The notes: generated by a model from the letters alone, not told the origin. A DNA stretch of 63,475 nucleotides, filler included, from Salisapilia sapeloensis CBS 127946 (GCA_023334545.1; 14 parts of 14 records of this genome joined end to end with filler, not necessarily neighbours in it), one strand, 5' to 3'. Counted from the whole stretch's first letter, positions 32,432 through 44,733 are shown. Made by a program: numbers and translations.

Positions 32432-33907
32432 ATGCAGACGCCCCATCTTCACCTCCCGCCCCCGGAGGTCTGCGACGTAGCCAAAAAGGACGAGGATGCC
32501 GCATCCGGAAGCCCCGTCAGCGTCAACGGACCCTCTCGCGCCACCAGTCGCAGACACTCGAGCAGTGAAGTTCTGTTTACCAAAATTTCCAAGGAGGACG
32601 AAACGAGCTTGAGTGAAGCCGTCAGCGACGTCAGCAACGCAGCTGCCTCGACCTCCACCTCTGGCCCGACCGAGATGCAGGCGCCGAAGCGAGAGATCAA
32701 GCGACGGAACGTCGGCGTCCCCAAGTTCCTTCGATATCTCTTTCAGATCCTCGAGACGGAGGACACGAGCGTCATCTGCTGGGCGCACGGAGGCACCGCC
32801 TTCCAGATCCGAAACCCCCAGGCATTGGCCTCCCACATCCTGCCCAAGTACTTTAAGCACAACAAGGTGGCGAGTTTCCAGCGCCAGCTGAACTACTTTG
32901 GGTTTAAAAAGTGGACGAAAACGCAAACAAGTGTATGCACGTTCAGCCATCCGTGTTTCCTCCGTTTCGATCGCGACCGGATCAAGCTTATCAAGCGCAA
33001 GGAACGCCACAACAGCTTGCCGCAGCCGCCGTTTCCATCGCCTCCGATGCCTCACGATTACCATGTGAACACGCCGGGAGACGTGTCTTTCTCTGGAGGC
33101 ATGATGCAGACCAGTACGGACATGTACGGCATGCCGCAAGGCATGAACGTCATGAACTCGAACCGACCGAATGTGGCCGCCGGTAGAAGGTACTCGACAG
33201 GCACGTTACCTGCGGCCGTTCAGTTTCTCCAGTTTCAACAGCAACAGCAGCAGCTGCAGAATGGTATGAGCCGAAAGCGTGGAGCGATGATGGCCGACTG
33301 TCCGGAAGGTTTGCCCCAGACACAGGCACGTCGTCTCTCTTCTGCTTCGTGCATCAACTACGTGAACAATAGCAACGGTTTCCTAAGTCCAAGTGGAAGC
33401 TCGTCGATGGCGTTTACGGACTTTTCGGGAACCCAGGACAATAACTTTTCAAATGGCTTTCATCAGTCTCTAGTGGACGTCGAGGAAGAGGAACGGGACC
33501 AGGACTGCATTGACAAGAACAACGGGTGCAACTACTATGGAAACCGAGGCAAGAGGAAGAGCCTCCCGCAGCTAAACACTGGCAGTTTCATGCCTGCGAT
33601 GCAGCAAGGAGGCAGGCCGAGCAACTTTGTTTCTCCAACGTATACGATGAACGGCCAGGAGAACGGGACGATGGGGATGAAAAACGAACCGCCGTTCAGC
33701 ATGTACCATGACAACTACCAGCCGATTCGGCATGCGTACGCGCCCCATTCGCAACAGCAGCAGCCGCAGATGAGTGTCCCTCCAGTGAATCAGAAAGATC
33801 TCTTGGAGGCGCTGATGGACGTGTCAGCTGACTCGCCGACGATGGATGGCATGAGAGTCGCCCACTCTTTCATGAATAAGCAAATGAGCCAAGAGCGGTA
33901 CGCCTGA
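32432..33907 (+). CDS. Heat-shock-factor (HSF) family transcription factor
   Basis: HSF DNA-binding domain VPKFLRYLFQIL...ICW...F.I...LPKYFKHNKVASFQRQLNYFGFKK, followed by a Q/N-rich low-complexity tail. Likely start MQTPHL at 32432. Confidence 0.9.
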   Translation: MQTPHLHLPPPEVCDVAKKDEDAASGSPVSVNGPSRATSRRHSSSEVLFTKISKEDETSLSEAVSDVSNAAASTSTSGPTEMQAPKREIKRRNVGVPKFLRYLFQILETEDTSVICWAHGGTAFQIRNPQALASHILPKYFKHNKVASFQRQLNYFGFKKWTKTQTSVCTFSHPCFLRFDRDRIKLIKRKERHNSLPQPPFPSPPMPHDYHVNTPGDVSFSGGMMQTSTDMYGMPQGMNVMNSNRPNVAAGRRYSTGTLPAAVQFLQFQQQQQQLQNGMSRKRGAMMADCPEGLPQTQARRLSSASCINYVNNSNGFLSPSGSSSMAFTDFSGTQDNNFSNGFHQSLVDVEEEERDQDCIDKNNGCNYYGNRGKRKSLPQLNTGSFMPAMQQGGRPSNFVSPTYTMNGQENGTMGMKNEPPFSMYHDNYQPIRHAYAPHSQQQQPQMSVPPVNQKDLLEALMDVSADSPTMDGMRVAHSFMNKQMSQERYA

Positions 33908-34987
33908 GGCGGACATGAGCATGTAGTGAGTGTTGTTTGCATTGAAAGTAGTGTAGGAAAGATCAATGGACATTTCGTTAAAGAGATGGTAGACGGATTG
34001 CTTTGTATTTTAGAGAAGGTGGTAGAGAGCTAGACGAGGAAGCTTTCGGGTGACCGTTCATCCACCGCTTCTGGATTCCATCTTTTTTCACAAGTCCAGG
34101 CTTGTTGATCGACATGGTCGAGTCATTTGCTACGATCGAGAGCCTACGCTACGTGGATGATAGGAAATAGTAGCTACTAGATCAAACATCCGACTTTTTG
34201 ATTATGGGCGAGGTATGATGGGCGAGGAAAAAGTGGAGCGACTTCATCGGGAAAAGAGTGGAAAGAGGGAGGAGATGTGCACATCGTCTTCATACGCATG
34301 TCGTAGAAAATTGGCAGGTTCAAGCAAAGGATGGAGAGAGGATGGTTCGAAAGACGACCGTACGATAGCAGAGATCTCAGTAGAAGTAGAAAAGGAGCTT
34401 GGGCGTGAGTGATGGAGGTGGCGAGGCAGAAGCTTCTATCTCCGTTGACTAGAGATGAAGACTGTGGTAGTAGAAGGTTGGAGGGATATGGTAACCTAGA
34501 GAAAATGCCTAGGTGAGCAAAAGATCCTTGCATTGGTCTCGCTATCAAAGTACGCGTGTCCGTCAGAGGATAGTCCAGTCACCTGAAACCCAACATCCTG
34601 TTAACCCACTCCTTTACTTGGATTGATACCACAGTAGCTAGCGCTTGCCAACGGGTAAAGCCATCAAGATGCCCCGTTTGTGTCTGTTTAGACGAAAAAG
34701 ATAGACGATGGTATGAAATTCCATCCACTCGAAACACAGCTCGAAAGAAAGGCGACGCGTGACAATCATTAGTGCCTCCGAGTCGAAACAGTGAGACCGA
34801 CGAAGTGTATTGCGCGTATCATGTCGACGAAGATAGACTCGAGATGCGTGCTTCGCGATAGCATGTCGACCAAGCTGCATGCGCGCTCAAATTATGTCAC
34901 AAAACGCTGCTGCTGCAATTCGAACTGTATATCCTGTTGGTCACAACGGTATTACGCTCGAGGCTACGTAGTCTCTGTATTGCTAGT

Positions 34988-36426
34988 CTAGTTGTCTAGC
35001 ACGCCGCTCGCCAGACCTTGGTCCAACGCCTCCACTACCTGGTCAATGTCTTCCTCCGTCACAATCAGCGGCGGGCACAACCGAATGGCGTCTTTGCCGG
35101 CCGTGATCAGCATCACGTTCTTCTCTTCCAACGCGTACTTTGTCAGTTTGCCAGCGTTGTGGCTGAGCTGGAATCCGACAAAGAGACCTTGGCCGCCCAC
35201 AGGCGTACGGACGTCGGTCACGAGCTCCGGGTACTTTTGCTGCAGCTTCTTCATCTCGGACGCGAGGTACTGACCTCGCTTTTGGACGTTTTGCAAAAAC
35301 TCCGGAGAAGAGATTTTGTCAAGGACCGTCGAAGCGACAGCACAGACGAACGAGTTGCCGCCGAAAGTAGTTCCGTGCATGCCAGGAGTGATATGGTCCG
35401 CCACATTATCCGTTGCGAGGATGGCACCAATGGGGAGACCTCCGGCCAGCGGCTTCGCAAGCGTCATCATGTCCGCCTTGAATTTACCGTTCGAGCGCTC
35501 CACGTACTCTTCATGTGCAAACAGCTTACCAACGCGGCCGAGACCGGACTGGATTTCATCTGCAATGAGGAGGGCTCCAGCTTCATCACACAATTCTCGA
35601 ACGCCAGTGAGGAAGTCGAGATCAGCAGGTACGACGCCTCCTTCGCCCTGGATCGGCTCGAAGAAAACACCCGCCGTCTTGTCGGAAATCAGGTTCTTAA
35701 AGTCGCTTAAGTTGTTGAACTCGGCATAGTGGACGTTTGGCACAAGAGGCATGAACGGTTCTCGAATCATAGGCTTGTGCGTGAGGGTCAACGCAGCGGC
35801 AGTTCGACCGTGGAAACCGCCTTTGAAGGAGATAAAGTGGTCCTTTTCGCCTTCGAGGGAAGTGCCTTTGGTCTTGGCGTTGGCATGGAGCTTGGCGAAC
35901 TTGTAAGCCCCTTCATTCGCCTCTGTGCCAGAGTTGGAGAAAAAGACCTTGTCGAATGGAGAGTTGTCGACTAGCTTCTTGGCCAATTCCAGAGGCGGGC
36001 GAGAATGGTACAAGTTACTCGTGTGCGCCACGTTCTACAGGCTGCATTAGATGGACGAGTCACTGTATATTAATAGAAAATGTACGGTGGAGGCATCCAC
36101 GACGGCCTTCTGCCAGTCAGCGTCGTTGTGTCCAAGAGCGGTGACAGCAATGCCAGCGCAAAAGTCCAAGTATTTGTTGCCTAAGCGTTTGTGCAATGAG
36201 TTGGAGCTATTCACACGAGCATTGGACTAAGGGTACCTTCGCTATCGAAGAGATATTGGCCCTGGCCATGCGTGAAGACGAGGTCCTTCTTGCCTCGCGT
36301 GCCGTCCGGGTTGTACGCTTTCACGAGATACTTTTGCTCATACTCGTTGGCAGAAAAGGTGGCAAAGCCTCTGGAAGAGACCGAGGCTCGCAATGGCTTC
36401 TGGGCGTGCGCTCGGACTGCCTGCAT
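34988..36426 (-). CDS. ARG8: Acetylornithine aminotransferase (class III PLP aminotransferase), mitochondrial presequence, 3 exons
   Basis: KYLDFCAGIAVTALGH, HTSNLY, VFFSNSGTEANEGAYKFA, GGFHGRT, EPIQGEGGV, LLIADEIQSGLGRVG, AKPLAGGLPIGA, HGTTFGGN, IRLCPPLIV. Confidence 0.95.
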
Positions 36427-36891
36427 CGTACTCTGTGGTCAAAAAAGGTTTGTGCAAGCAATGCGGACGGTACTTCAATCGGTGGTGTTAAAAGTGAAAT
36501 TTGATTTGCTTCTAGTTGAAACATTTCGACTTGTCTATGCCAACAGCAAATGAGAAAAAGACGAGGAATTGATATCTCTTGCGTGCTACAGATCCCGCCG
36601 GCCGGATGCCACCATATCTCACGGACGACCGCAAGATTTTTCTTGTCGATTTCCAATCTACACACTGTTCCTACGGGCGCAGGAAATGTAGACGAGAAAG
36701 ACCTCTTTTACATTGGTTCGACCGATCGATGGGCTCCGACCGGCCAAACGCTGTTTTTATTTTTTTTGTTTTTCTGCTTTTTATGGTGTTTTCTTCGTTT
36801 TCTCCCGATAACTTAGTAATACTCTCCAAACTTCACCTGGACTTATTGATACACTTGTGCCCATACACACTTCCATGTCACCTCCCTCCAT

Positions 36892-37656
36892 TTAGCCATG
36901 CCCACCGATATTCAGCATTCGCCGTAGGTCCTGCGTCATCTCTACCTCGACATGACCAATCTCGGGTGGCATTTCCGGTGTTTCGAGCATCCCGTCCTTG
37001 CGTTCTCCACCTTTGTTATTGCCACCGGCACCGTTATTCGAAACGAACGAAGGCAGAGGCAGTTGATCGGGCTCGGGGGATGACTGAAACGCTGACCACG
37101 CCCACTTGCCATTGGCCGACAGATCGTCTTTGGCACAAGGCTTGTTGACAGCTTTCTTTCCATTCTGATTCTTACACGGAGTGCCATTCCGAGAGCGGGG
37201 CTGCTTGCGTTTGCGAGGCGTACCAGTGGCCTCAGCCTTCGCATTGCCCGTCTTTTTCAGCGGAGAGTTTGGCGACGATGTTGATTTTGTCGGTGTCGGC
37301 ATTTCCATACCTAGCATCCCACATGTGTCTAATTCAGTTATTGTTCTTGATCGAAATGTTTATGTTCACGTACCGTGCGAGTGGATGTTATTGACAAACT
37401 CGGGCGCACTCCTCGAAACGAGTAGCTGCGGTGTCAGCAAAGGCATGCTGCTATTGCTGGCTGGAGCCTGAATTGCCACGGGTGAAGACGTACCGGTACT
37501 CGGGTACTCAAAATAGCCTTTTTCACGGTTCCAGACGCGGGCGTCCACATCCATTTGCTCATGGCGCTGGTTCTTGTCCGGCGTCAGCGCGACGTTCACT
37601 TCGTCTTCCTTATCAAAATACGGCACGAGGGGCCTGCCGACGAGGTCTTTTGACAT
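36892..37656 (-). CDS. Disordered protein with PNRC/Edc1-like motif, 2 exons
   Basis: Exon 1 MSKDLVGRP...NIHSH, intron GTACGT...AATTAG, exon 2 with WAWSAFQSSPEPDQLPLPSF and terminal MTQDLRRMLNI. Confidence 0.7.
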
Positions 37657-38427
37657 GCTTCCGGTCCTAGCTTCCTCGCTCTTATGCTGCGGCGATTTGA
37701 TTATGTTCTGACCCTAGCGCTGGCTTGGGTTCAGTATAGGCCTTCGATTGCACTTGCCTTTTGTATGCAAGGTGACTGTTGTCCCGTTGACACCAAAAAT
37801 TGGTATGTGAAACGTCGTTTGAAGTTTAGTCGCACGAAAGTGTTCGGAGTCACTAGACAGATATGCATGAGAAAAGAGCATTTGGTGAGTTTAAAGTAGA
37901 AAAGGAAGGTAATGAGAAATAGACCATTGCTTTTGTACATAGCAACTATCGCTTAGTAGGAATACAAGGCGAGAAAATCATGTCATGATATAGCTATAAT
38001 TATTGTGAGACATCGGGTATGTATTATTTAAAACAGTCTTAATACCTACTTTTTGCTAAAAGTCCAGTTTCAGTAAAACGGTAAACCGAAATCATGTTGC
38101 ACGATTAGCCCAACCGAGCCTCACACGTTGTGTTTGACAATCCACCGTTCGATCGATCCCAGCTCGATGCAGTCACGCAGCTTAGCAACACGTGTTACTG
38201 GCAGCACTGCATCGGGAAATTTGACGTTATACAATGCTGCTGAAAACTGTAGGTGCGTTCTATTTTCGATATTTATGTAAAGTGGCTACGATTGGAAGCT
38301 CATTGTCTAGCTTTGTAGATGTGGTGGACAGCGTAAGTCTCTGCCAGAGAGCCTTTTTGATAGAAACAATGGACAGAACGCAACGCGAACGGGAGCTGGG
38401 AGGACTGTCTGATAAAGAATAGCCAAG

Positions 38428-39672
38428 TCAATCGAAATTGATAGCAGTAAACAAAAGAGTTACAGGAAGATCAGGCTGGACGCATGCGAAGAGTCTTTCG
38501 AGCGTTTAAGATCCGGAACCAGAGAGTAGGATACTTACAGGCCATGAACGAAATTATGTCGGTGTTCATCAAACACTTGGATGACAAGACAGCGTTGAGA
38601 AGCCTTATTTTGCTCATCGAAGGACTCATGCCTGCTTACCACGTGGACTTGATGACTGGTCTGCAGATGGGACTGTGCAGTTTCAGATATGTTGCTGAAG
38701 CAGAATGACCCAGAGCTACATGGTCACTTGAGTGACTTGTGACTCAACATAGAGATTCTGTGCCCCAAGTGGCTAATTACGTGCTTTCTATCGTCACTAC
38801 CCCATTATTGTGGCATTCAGATGATCGGCATGCTGCTGGCAAGGACAGAGGAAGGTTAGAGAGTGTCGTGAGTGCTCTTAGGCGTCGGTATATGCTCTTT
38901 CCTCTCCCAACGAGAGCATCTACTGGAAGCGAAAGATTCTGGAGAAGTGTTGGTTGCTGTGAACGAGCAATATGTGCGAGAGATGGCCAAGAAGCGATAA
39001 GAGATGGTCAACTTTCTAGCGCTCTGCTACTCTGTTATAGGACAATTGGAACCGGATGTGCTGGTCGAATTCCGGTCGGTACACAAAGATGAAGTCATGG
39101 AGCGGTTTGCTGATTTCAGACCCAAGAAGATCGAGATGCTTCATCAGCTAGAAACATTCGTACTCGACACCACCGTCGCCGACGACGAATAAGACTGGCA
39201 GCGAACCGTTTCCAGTTGCGAGCAAGTCGACGAGCTCCTCTTTGACGGACGGCAGGACGGAGGCATCCTATCACCACGTAGATGTTACGGTTGCCAATGG
39301 AATTATGCACAGGAGTTGTAGAGCATGGAAGAGCAGTTGGATGATGTCGGAGAGCTCTTTGCGAGAAGAAGGATCGACGACAAGGATTTTGCCTACATCT
39401 AGACTTAGATCGTGCAGAAGTGGTGCAAAACGGTCAAATCGTCTCGAGTGTCATTGATGCGCATTTGGGAGGTGAAGGATGATTTCGGACAGGCCGCCAA
39501 CAAAGACGTCCGTGGCTCTCTCCTAGTTACTAGTGACCTACCGTTTCTAGCGGTGGAGAAAGAGGGCGTAGATCGGTCGCGAAGAAAGAACGAGTCGACG
39601 AACTCTTTGTATGGGAAGATAAAACGTGCGAAGAAGAATGCATTTGCGATCATCAGTTCCACTTTCGAGTGA
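38428..39672 (+). pseudogene. TBC (Rab-GAP) domain pseudogene
   Basis: SIEID...RRVFRAFKIRNQRVGYLQAMNEI...LMTGLQM, then a frameshift, then DCAVSDMLLKQNDPELHGHLSDL*LNIEILCPKWLITCF. Further frameshifts and stops downstream. Confidence 0.75.
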
Positions 39673-39882
39673 TTTTGATGGGAAATATATGTACGGTTGA
39701 CTCGGGTAAGGACATGATGAGGATTGTAAATGTTATATTTGCAGTATTCTGTAGATTCTGCCTGTTTCATCCATGTCGGTTATGGATTTGGCTGGTACCG
39801 CAACTTTCTTCTGGGGGTTTCATGGTGAAGCGATACCTTCTTGCAACAAGTTCACTAGTATCGGCAATCGTACGCGACAAAT

Positions 39883-42329
39883 ATGGCCGACAATACTGCC
39901 TGGCTTGAGCATCTCCTGCTCTTAGGTGCAGCGGAGAAGGATGCTTCGGCGGAAGCCAACTCAGCGCGGCAATCCAAAGTTAAAACGATGCCAACGCGAT
40001 TTGTTCAAACCAAGGAACGGCCGAGTACGAGTACTTACCGGTCAAAACCACAATCGACTGAATTAAGACCAACAAGTACATCCAGAACGAGAGCTTTATC
40101 ACAAGGTGCTTCTGTGGGACAACACCGACGAAAGTTGCCAGACAGCTTTCTCGCTAACGATAGAAGAAAATCAACGGCAGGTAGAGCTGATAATGTACAT
40201 TGGCGAGAGCTTGCTTGGGATACATTTCTAACTGATGAGCACGCCGATGGGCAATCGCGCAAGGGGAATAGACTTGAGCAAGCGTTAACATACAGTAAAA
40301 AGCAAGCAGAGCGGGTGCCCAGTACGTTGTCGAAGGGAACTAGTCAAGGAGAGCGAGTGGGACAAAGTACAGAGGAAGTGACCATTCTACGACACGTTCT
40401 GTTTCGTGAAAAAATGGTGGTTGAATTGAAAGAGCTGGTAGATGCTGTAGAGCCAGCCGAAGTGCTGCCGGAGCACCAAGCGACTTCTTTGATTCAACTG
40501 CTATTGATGATACGTGAAGAAAGCGTGCTGGTAGTGCAAGCGATGGCAGCATGGCATCGTGTCAGTGGGCTGCAAGCATTTCATCATGACGGCCGACCCT
40601 ACTGCTTGAAGATGCTGAGCGATTTAAACTTCATCGCGCAATTACCACATCTGGCGACAGTACTCAATGTGGACCCAAGCAAGATGAAGCAGAATCCGTT
40701 TATGTTGCCCGTGCCAATTTTCGATCGAGACTTGAGCTTGTCCCCAGTAATGAAAAAATTGACCCAACCTCCGCAGTACGACATGACACTTCGAGGAAAT
40801 AACCGTGTTCATGAGGCTGAGAAATATTTTACGTGGTGTCTCCTACGCCTCTCAGGCTTTCCTGGTGATCCAACACCACCGCAAGTAGAAAAGGAAAGGG
40901 CTAAATCTCCATCGCAACGAGTCGCCGGAAAACAGCTCGAGGTACTTTCGAGTCCTACCGAGTCGAAATCAGGTCAATCTCATGTCCAAGAGCGGCCTCC
41001 TATGACCAATTACCTCAAACACATACCTCCTCTTCCGATACCTCCATCTAAGACGAGCCCATATGTAGTGTCGAGTTCCGGAGAAGCTGACGCCTCCAGC
41101 TTCAGATCAATTTCATCTAGGCGGCTGACGGTCGAATGGCGAGGAGAAGAATTTAGTACGAGTAGCACAGAGCTGTATAAATTGGGGATACCAGAGGAAC
41201 CTTTACATCATTCCATTCCTCTTATCGTAGCTGCAGTGCTAATCCTTTTAAGCCCTAGCGATCGGTTGCTGAAGGACATCACATGGAAGTCTAGCCGAAA
41301 AATTCTCTTTCGTAGCAACTCTCTTTTGGATCGTATTGAACGCCTCGAGGCCGAACTAGTACCAAAGTTTAAATGGATAGCATTAACTCCTTTTATACAA
41401 AGTGGTGCTTTTCGACCGACAACCTTAGAGCCGATTTCTTCTGCTGCCGCGACCTTGTGTGCATGGGTACTTGCAGTTCAGTATTCAGCAAAGGTGGCTA
41501 AAAAGGAGCGGCAGTATAACAGAATCGAGGTGGAAGATTCAGATAGAAAAAACCTTATTCAGGCGCTGGATGACTTTGATTTCGCGTACGTGCAGAATGA
41601 GCGTGGCGTTTTTACCAGACACTCGCGTGAAGAAGATGTTTTCGTTTCAGGTGAGCGTAACCGTGCCACTGCTCGTAACCCAGCATTGACATCGGAACAT
41701 AAAGGAAAGGTTGATGTCGTACCAGTTAGCGGCTTGACTGCTATATCGCCAGACGAAACACTTGTGCGTTTGCGAACATGCCCTTGGACATTATCCGGAG
41801 TATCGTACATCGTATCCATATTCTTGCGAGGCAGAAGCGAGGGAGAGTTTCAAGCAACTCATGTTGATATTCAACTATACGAACAAATAACATCCATCGA
41901 GTGCACTACATCCATGCCTATCGATAACCTTCGACAGCATTTCGGTCCTATCGTCGTCGAGCTATTCCAACAAGGCATGTGGGAGACAATGTGCAACGCA
42001 ATATTAAAAGATCTTCATCAAAATTTCTTTAGTCAGCTTCGTCCCAACTTAACGAAGCTGCTACCTCACACAACTCCACATCGGCAACTCCAATATGACC
42101 ACCGGCTCTCCCCAGACACATCTCCACAAGTCTATCCTAACCGCCTCGCCCATGTCAAAAGACCGTTCAAGCCAAACTGTATTAAGGCGGCGCTGAGGAT
42201 CCAGTGTGCTGTACGCCGACGGCGGGCGATAAAAATCGTCCAGGCGAAGCGAAGTCGGAAGGAAAAGCAAGCTGAATCGGCACTAGCTATCCAATGCGCC
42301 GCACGGCAGCGGCAAGCTCGGAAGCTCGC
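39883..42329 (+). CDS. Large protein with dynein stalk/MTBD-like segment and C-terminal IQ motifs (3' truncated)
   Basis: Open 815+ codons. IVAAVLILL...ITWKSSRKIL...LLDRIERLE...FRPTTLEPISSAAATLCAWVLAVQYSAKV near 41170-41500. IQ-like motifs AALRIQCAVRRRRA and ALAIQCAARQRQARK at the contig end. Confidence 0.75.
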
Positions 42330-42429
42330 NNNNNNNNNNNNNNNNNNNNNNNNNNNNNNNNNNNNNNNNNNNNTTAATTAATTAANNNNNNNNNNNNNNN
42401 NNNNNNNNNNNNNNNNNNNNNNNNNNNNN
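42330..42429. other. Artificial contig spacer
   Basis: 44N-TTAATTAATTAA-44N. Confidence 0.99.
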
Positions 42430-42570
42430 GTGAGGGTCGGTGTGCGATGCACAGTGGGAGTTGGAAATAGTCTGCATCTCGACAAATATCATGGTGGCTA
42501 TGGCAGACTGTGCTTGTAGTCTAAGATCATGTTAATCGATAGAGTAATAGATGCAGGGTTGAGCGGCGTA
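42430..42570 (+). repeat. 141-bp inverted terminal repeat, left arm (contig 42430-44355)
   Basis: Exact reverse complement of 44215-44355; identity stops at exactly 141 bp. Confidence 0.95.
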
Positions 42571-44214
42571 AATTGAATACAATTTAAATCGGGGTGGTTG
42601 GCTGTAGTGAACTCTGAGTGTTAGTGCTTGCCGATGGTCATTCGCTACTTCCTTGATGCTTTACTCCTAATAGATCTTCTTGTCTAGAAGTTATATTATG
42701 CTTTTTAGCTCAACTGGCTTTAATACCAGGTAAATGATCGATGTTAGCAACTGGATTTCCTGGTAGTGCCAGTCCCGTATCATCATACTAGACAAACTTG
42801 AAAAGACTACTGGATAGGCATTTACCCCCGCCAGTGGATACAGTGCCAAGGACAACAATACATAGGAATTGAGAGTTATAGCGTGGCAACTTCGGTCGCC
42901 AAGCCATTTGATGTGATATCAACAACAAGGGAATCCATTTTCCGTTGTATAGACTGATGCACAATGTTTCCATAGAACGCACCCGGCACTTTATATGATC
43001 ACTTACATGCAAGAGATTCGTCGGCTAAGTGGCTATATAGCTGCTGACTTGGCTGTCATTTAGCACATCCAAGGCAGCATTACTTGGTACGCAAAAGCCG
43101 GTTGCTTCATCAACCTACTGCCATCATTATGCTGAACCAAATATATAATTTCAACTATACCAAGACCGTAGCGATATCAGTGTGATCGTCTAAGAAATTC
43201 GATAAAAAGAAGTTTGGCTTAGAAACACAGACTTGGCTGTTTGATCTTGTCTCTGGTAGCTATTTCATGGATTCATTTTAAATGGTAGTTCTCGTGCTTT
43301 TCAATGAGCATCAGTGTTGTACTCCTCTTGCTGTAGCATATTCTATCCGATAAATGAGATTCCGCAGACAACTATAGGTAGACCCAACCTTTTAATGTTT
43401 AATTATCTATTCGATGTTTCAAAGTTTCAATCTATAGGTTTCTGTAGCTTAGGTAAGCCTGCCAACCAAACTAATTGTTTATAAAGAAGATGACAAATCC
43501 ACTGACATTATACTTAATGATCAAGAGGTGAAATGCTCGCACTACTTCCACTCGCACCACACCGAACTCATATTTATCTAATTCCTCTCTAATAGTTGTA
43601 CGTTACCAACTTCCCTACCTGGATTTTGGTGATTTTTTTGCCATATAGATCTCAGTTTCACCGTAGAGGGGAGCATGAGAGGATTACAATTTAATGTAGA
43701 CTGAGTCAGAAGCTTAGCTAAATACCACTGGACGCCTTCACACACAACTAATGTACAATTGCGCTTCCTTTGTGCGTCAGAGTTGCCAACTACGATTCCT
43801 TTTACTTGACTGACGCTTATTGGCATTTTAATATAGCTACAAAGGCATATCACTACACGAGGTAATGATGCAGGTTTCTGGATCGAGCAAACACGCATAT
43901 AGAAGAGATCAAGAGGCCTGTAGAGGTTTTGCAATATCGTGTTTAGCTTAGTCATAGCTATGCAGTGCAAGTGATCGCTACGCTCTATGATCGCTACAAG
44001 CGTTCTTGGATTGGCTACGACATAAATATTGTTCTCATGCAAAGGAAAATACACACAGCCCTACGAAAGCACAGGGCACCAATACACCGCACAGGGCGTT
44101 CAAGCAGACGATGAACTCATTTTAAGCTGCACTTTACGTTTTTTTTCTGTTCGTCTAAATGGAAGTACCAACACTTTCAAATCATACAGCTTCTGTTTGA
44201 AAAAGAAACCTATC

Positions 44215-44355
44215 TACGCCGCTCAACCCTGCATCTATTACTCTATCGATTAACATGATCTTAGACTACAAGCACAGTCTGCCATAGCCACCATGATATT
44301 TGTCGAGATGCAGACTATTTCCAACTCCCACTGTGCATCGCACACCGACCCTCAC
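44215..44355 (-). repeat. 141-bp inverted terminal repeat, right arm
   Basis: Reverse complement of 42430-42570. Confidence 0.95.
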
Positions 44356-44455
44356 NNNNNNNNNNNNNNNNNNNNNNNNNNNNNNNNNNNNNNNNNNNNT
44401 TAATTAATTAANNNNNNNNNNNNNNNNNNNNNNNNNNNNNNNNNNNNNNNNNNNN
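44356..44455. other. Artificial contig spacer
   Basis: 44N-TTAATTAATTAA-44N. Confidence 0.99.
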
Positions 44456-44457
44456 CT

Positions 44458-44733
44458 GGCGACGGACAAGCCCCTGCTGGCAACGGACAAGCCCCTGCTG
44501 GCGACGGACAAGCCCCTGCTGGCAACGGAGGAGCTGCCACTGGTAACGAAGCTGCTGGTGCAGACAACGGAGGTGAAGCTCCAAGCAATGGAGAGAACGG
44601 ATTTAGTGCTGGAGCAAACGGTTGGGGCAATGGTCTAGGCGACTTATTCAACAACATGGGCAACGGAGGATTTGGTGGTGCGAACGGTTGGGGAAACTTC
44701 CAGCCGAATGGAGGTCGCCGTCTTCGTAACTAG
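44458..44733 (+). CDS. 3' end of Gly/Asn/Ala-rich repeat protein with (G[D/N]GQAPA) heptads, ending GRRLRN* (partial)
   Basis: Three 21-bp repeats ggc(g/a)acggacaagcccctgct at the contig start. The frame is open to TAG at 44731-44733, with strong codon bias. Confidence 0.75.
   Translation, partial: GDGQAPAGNGQAPAGDGQAPAGNGGAATGNEAAGADNGGEAPSNGENGFSAGANGWGNGLGDLFNNMGNGGFGGANGWGNFQPNGGRRLRN

Noticed and set aside
42571-44214. Copia-like fragments in the hairpin spacer (PLYGETEIYM, QKLYDLK)
   Set aside because: The matches are too short and in the wrong order to support an RT call.
42430-44355. 141-bp TIRs as termini of a new transposon family
   Set aside because: The three inverted pairs share no sequence, two are coding sequence, and the length equals the assembly k. 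They are graph overlaps, not measured TIR lengths.
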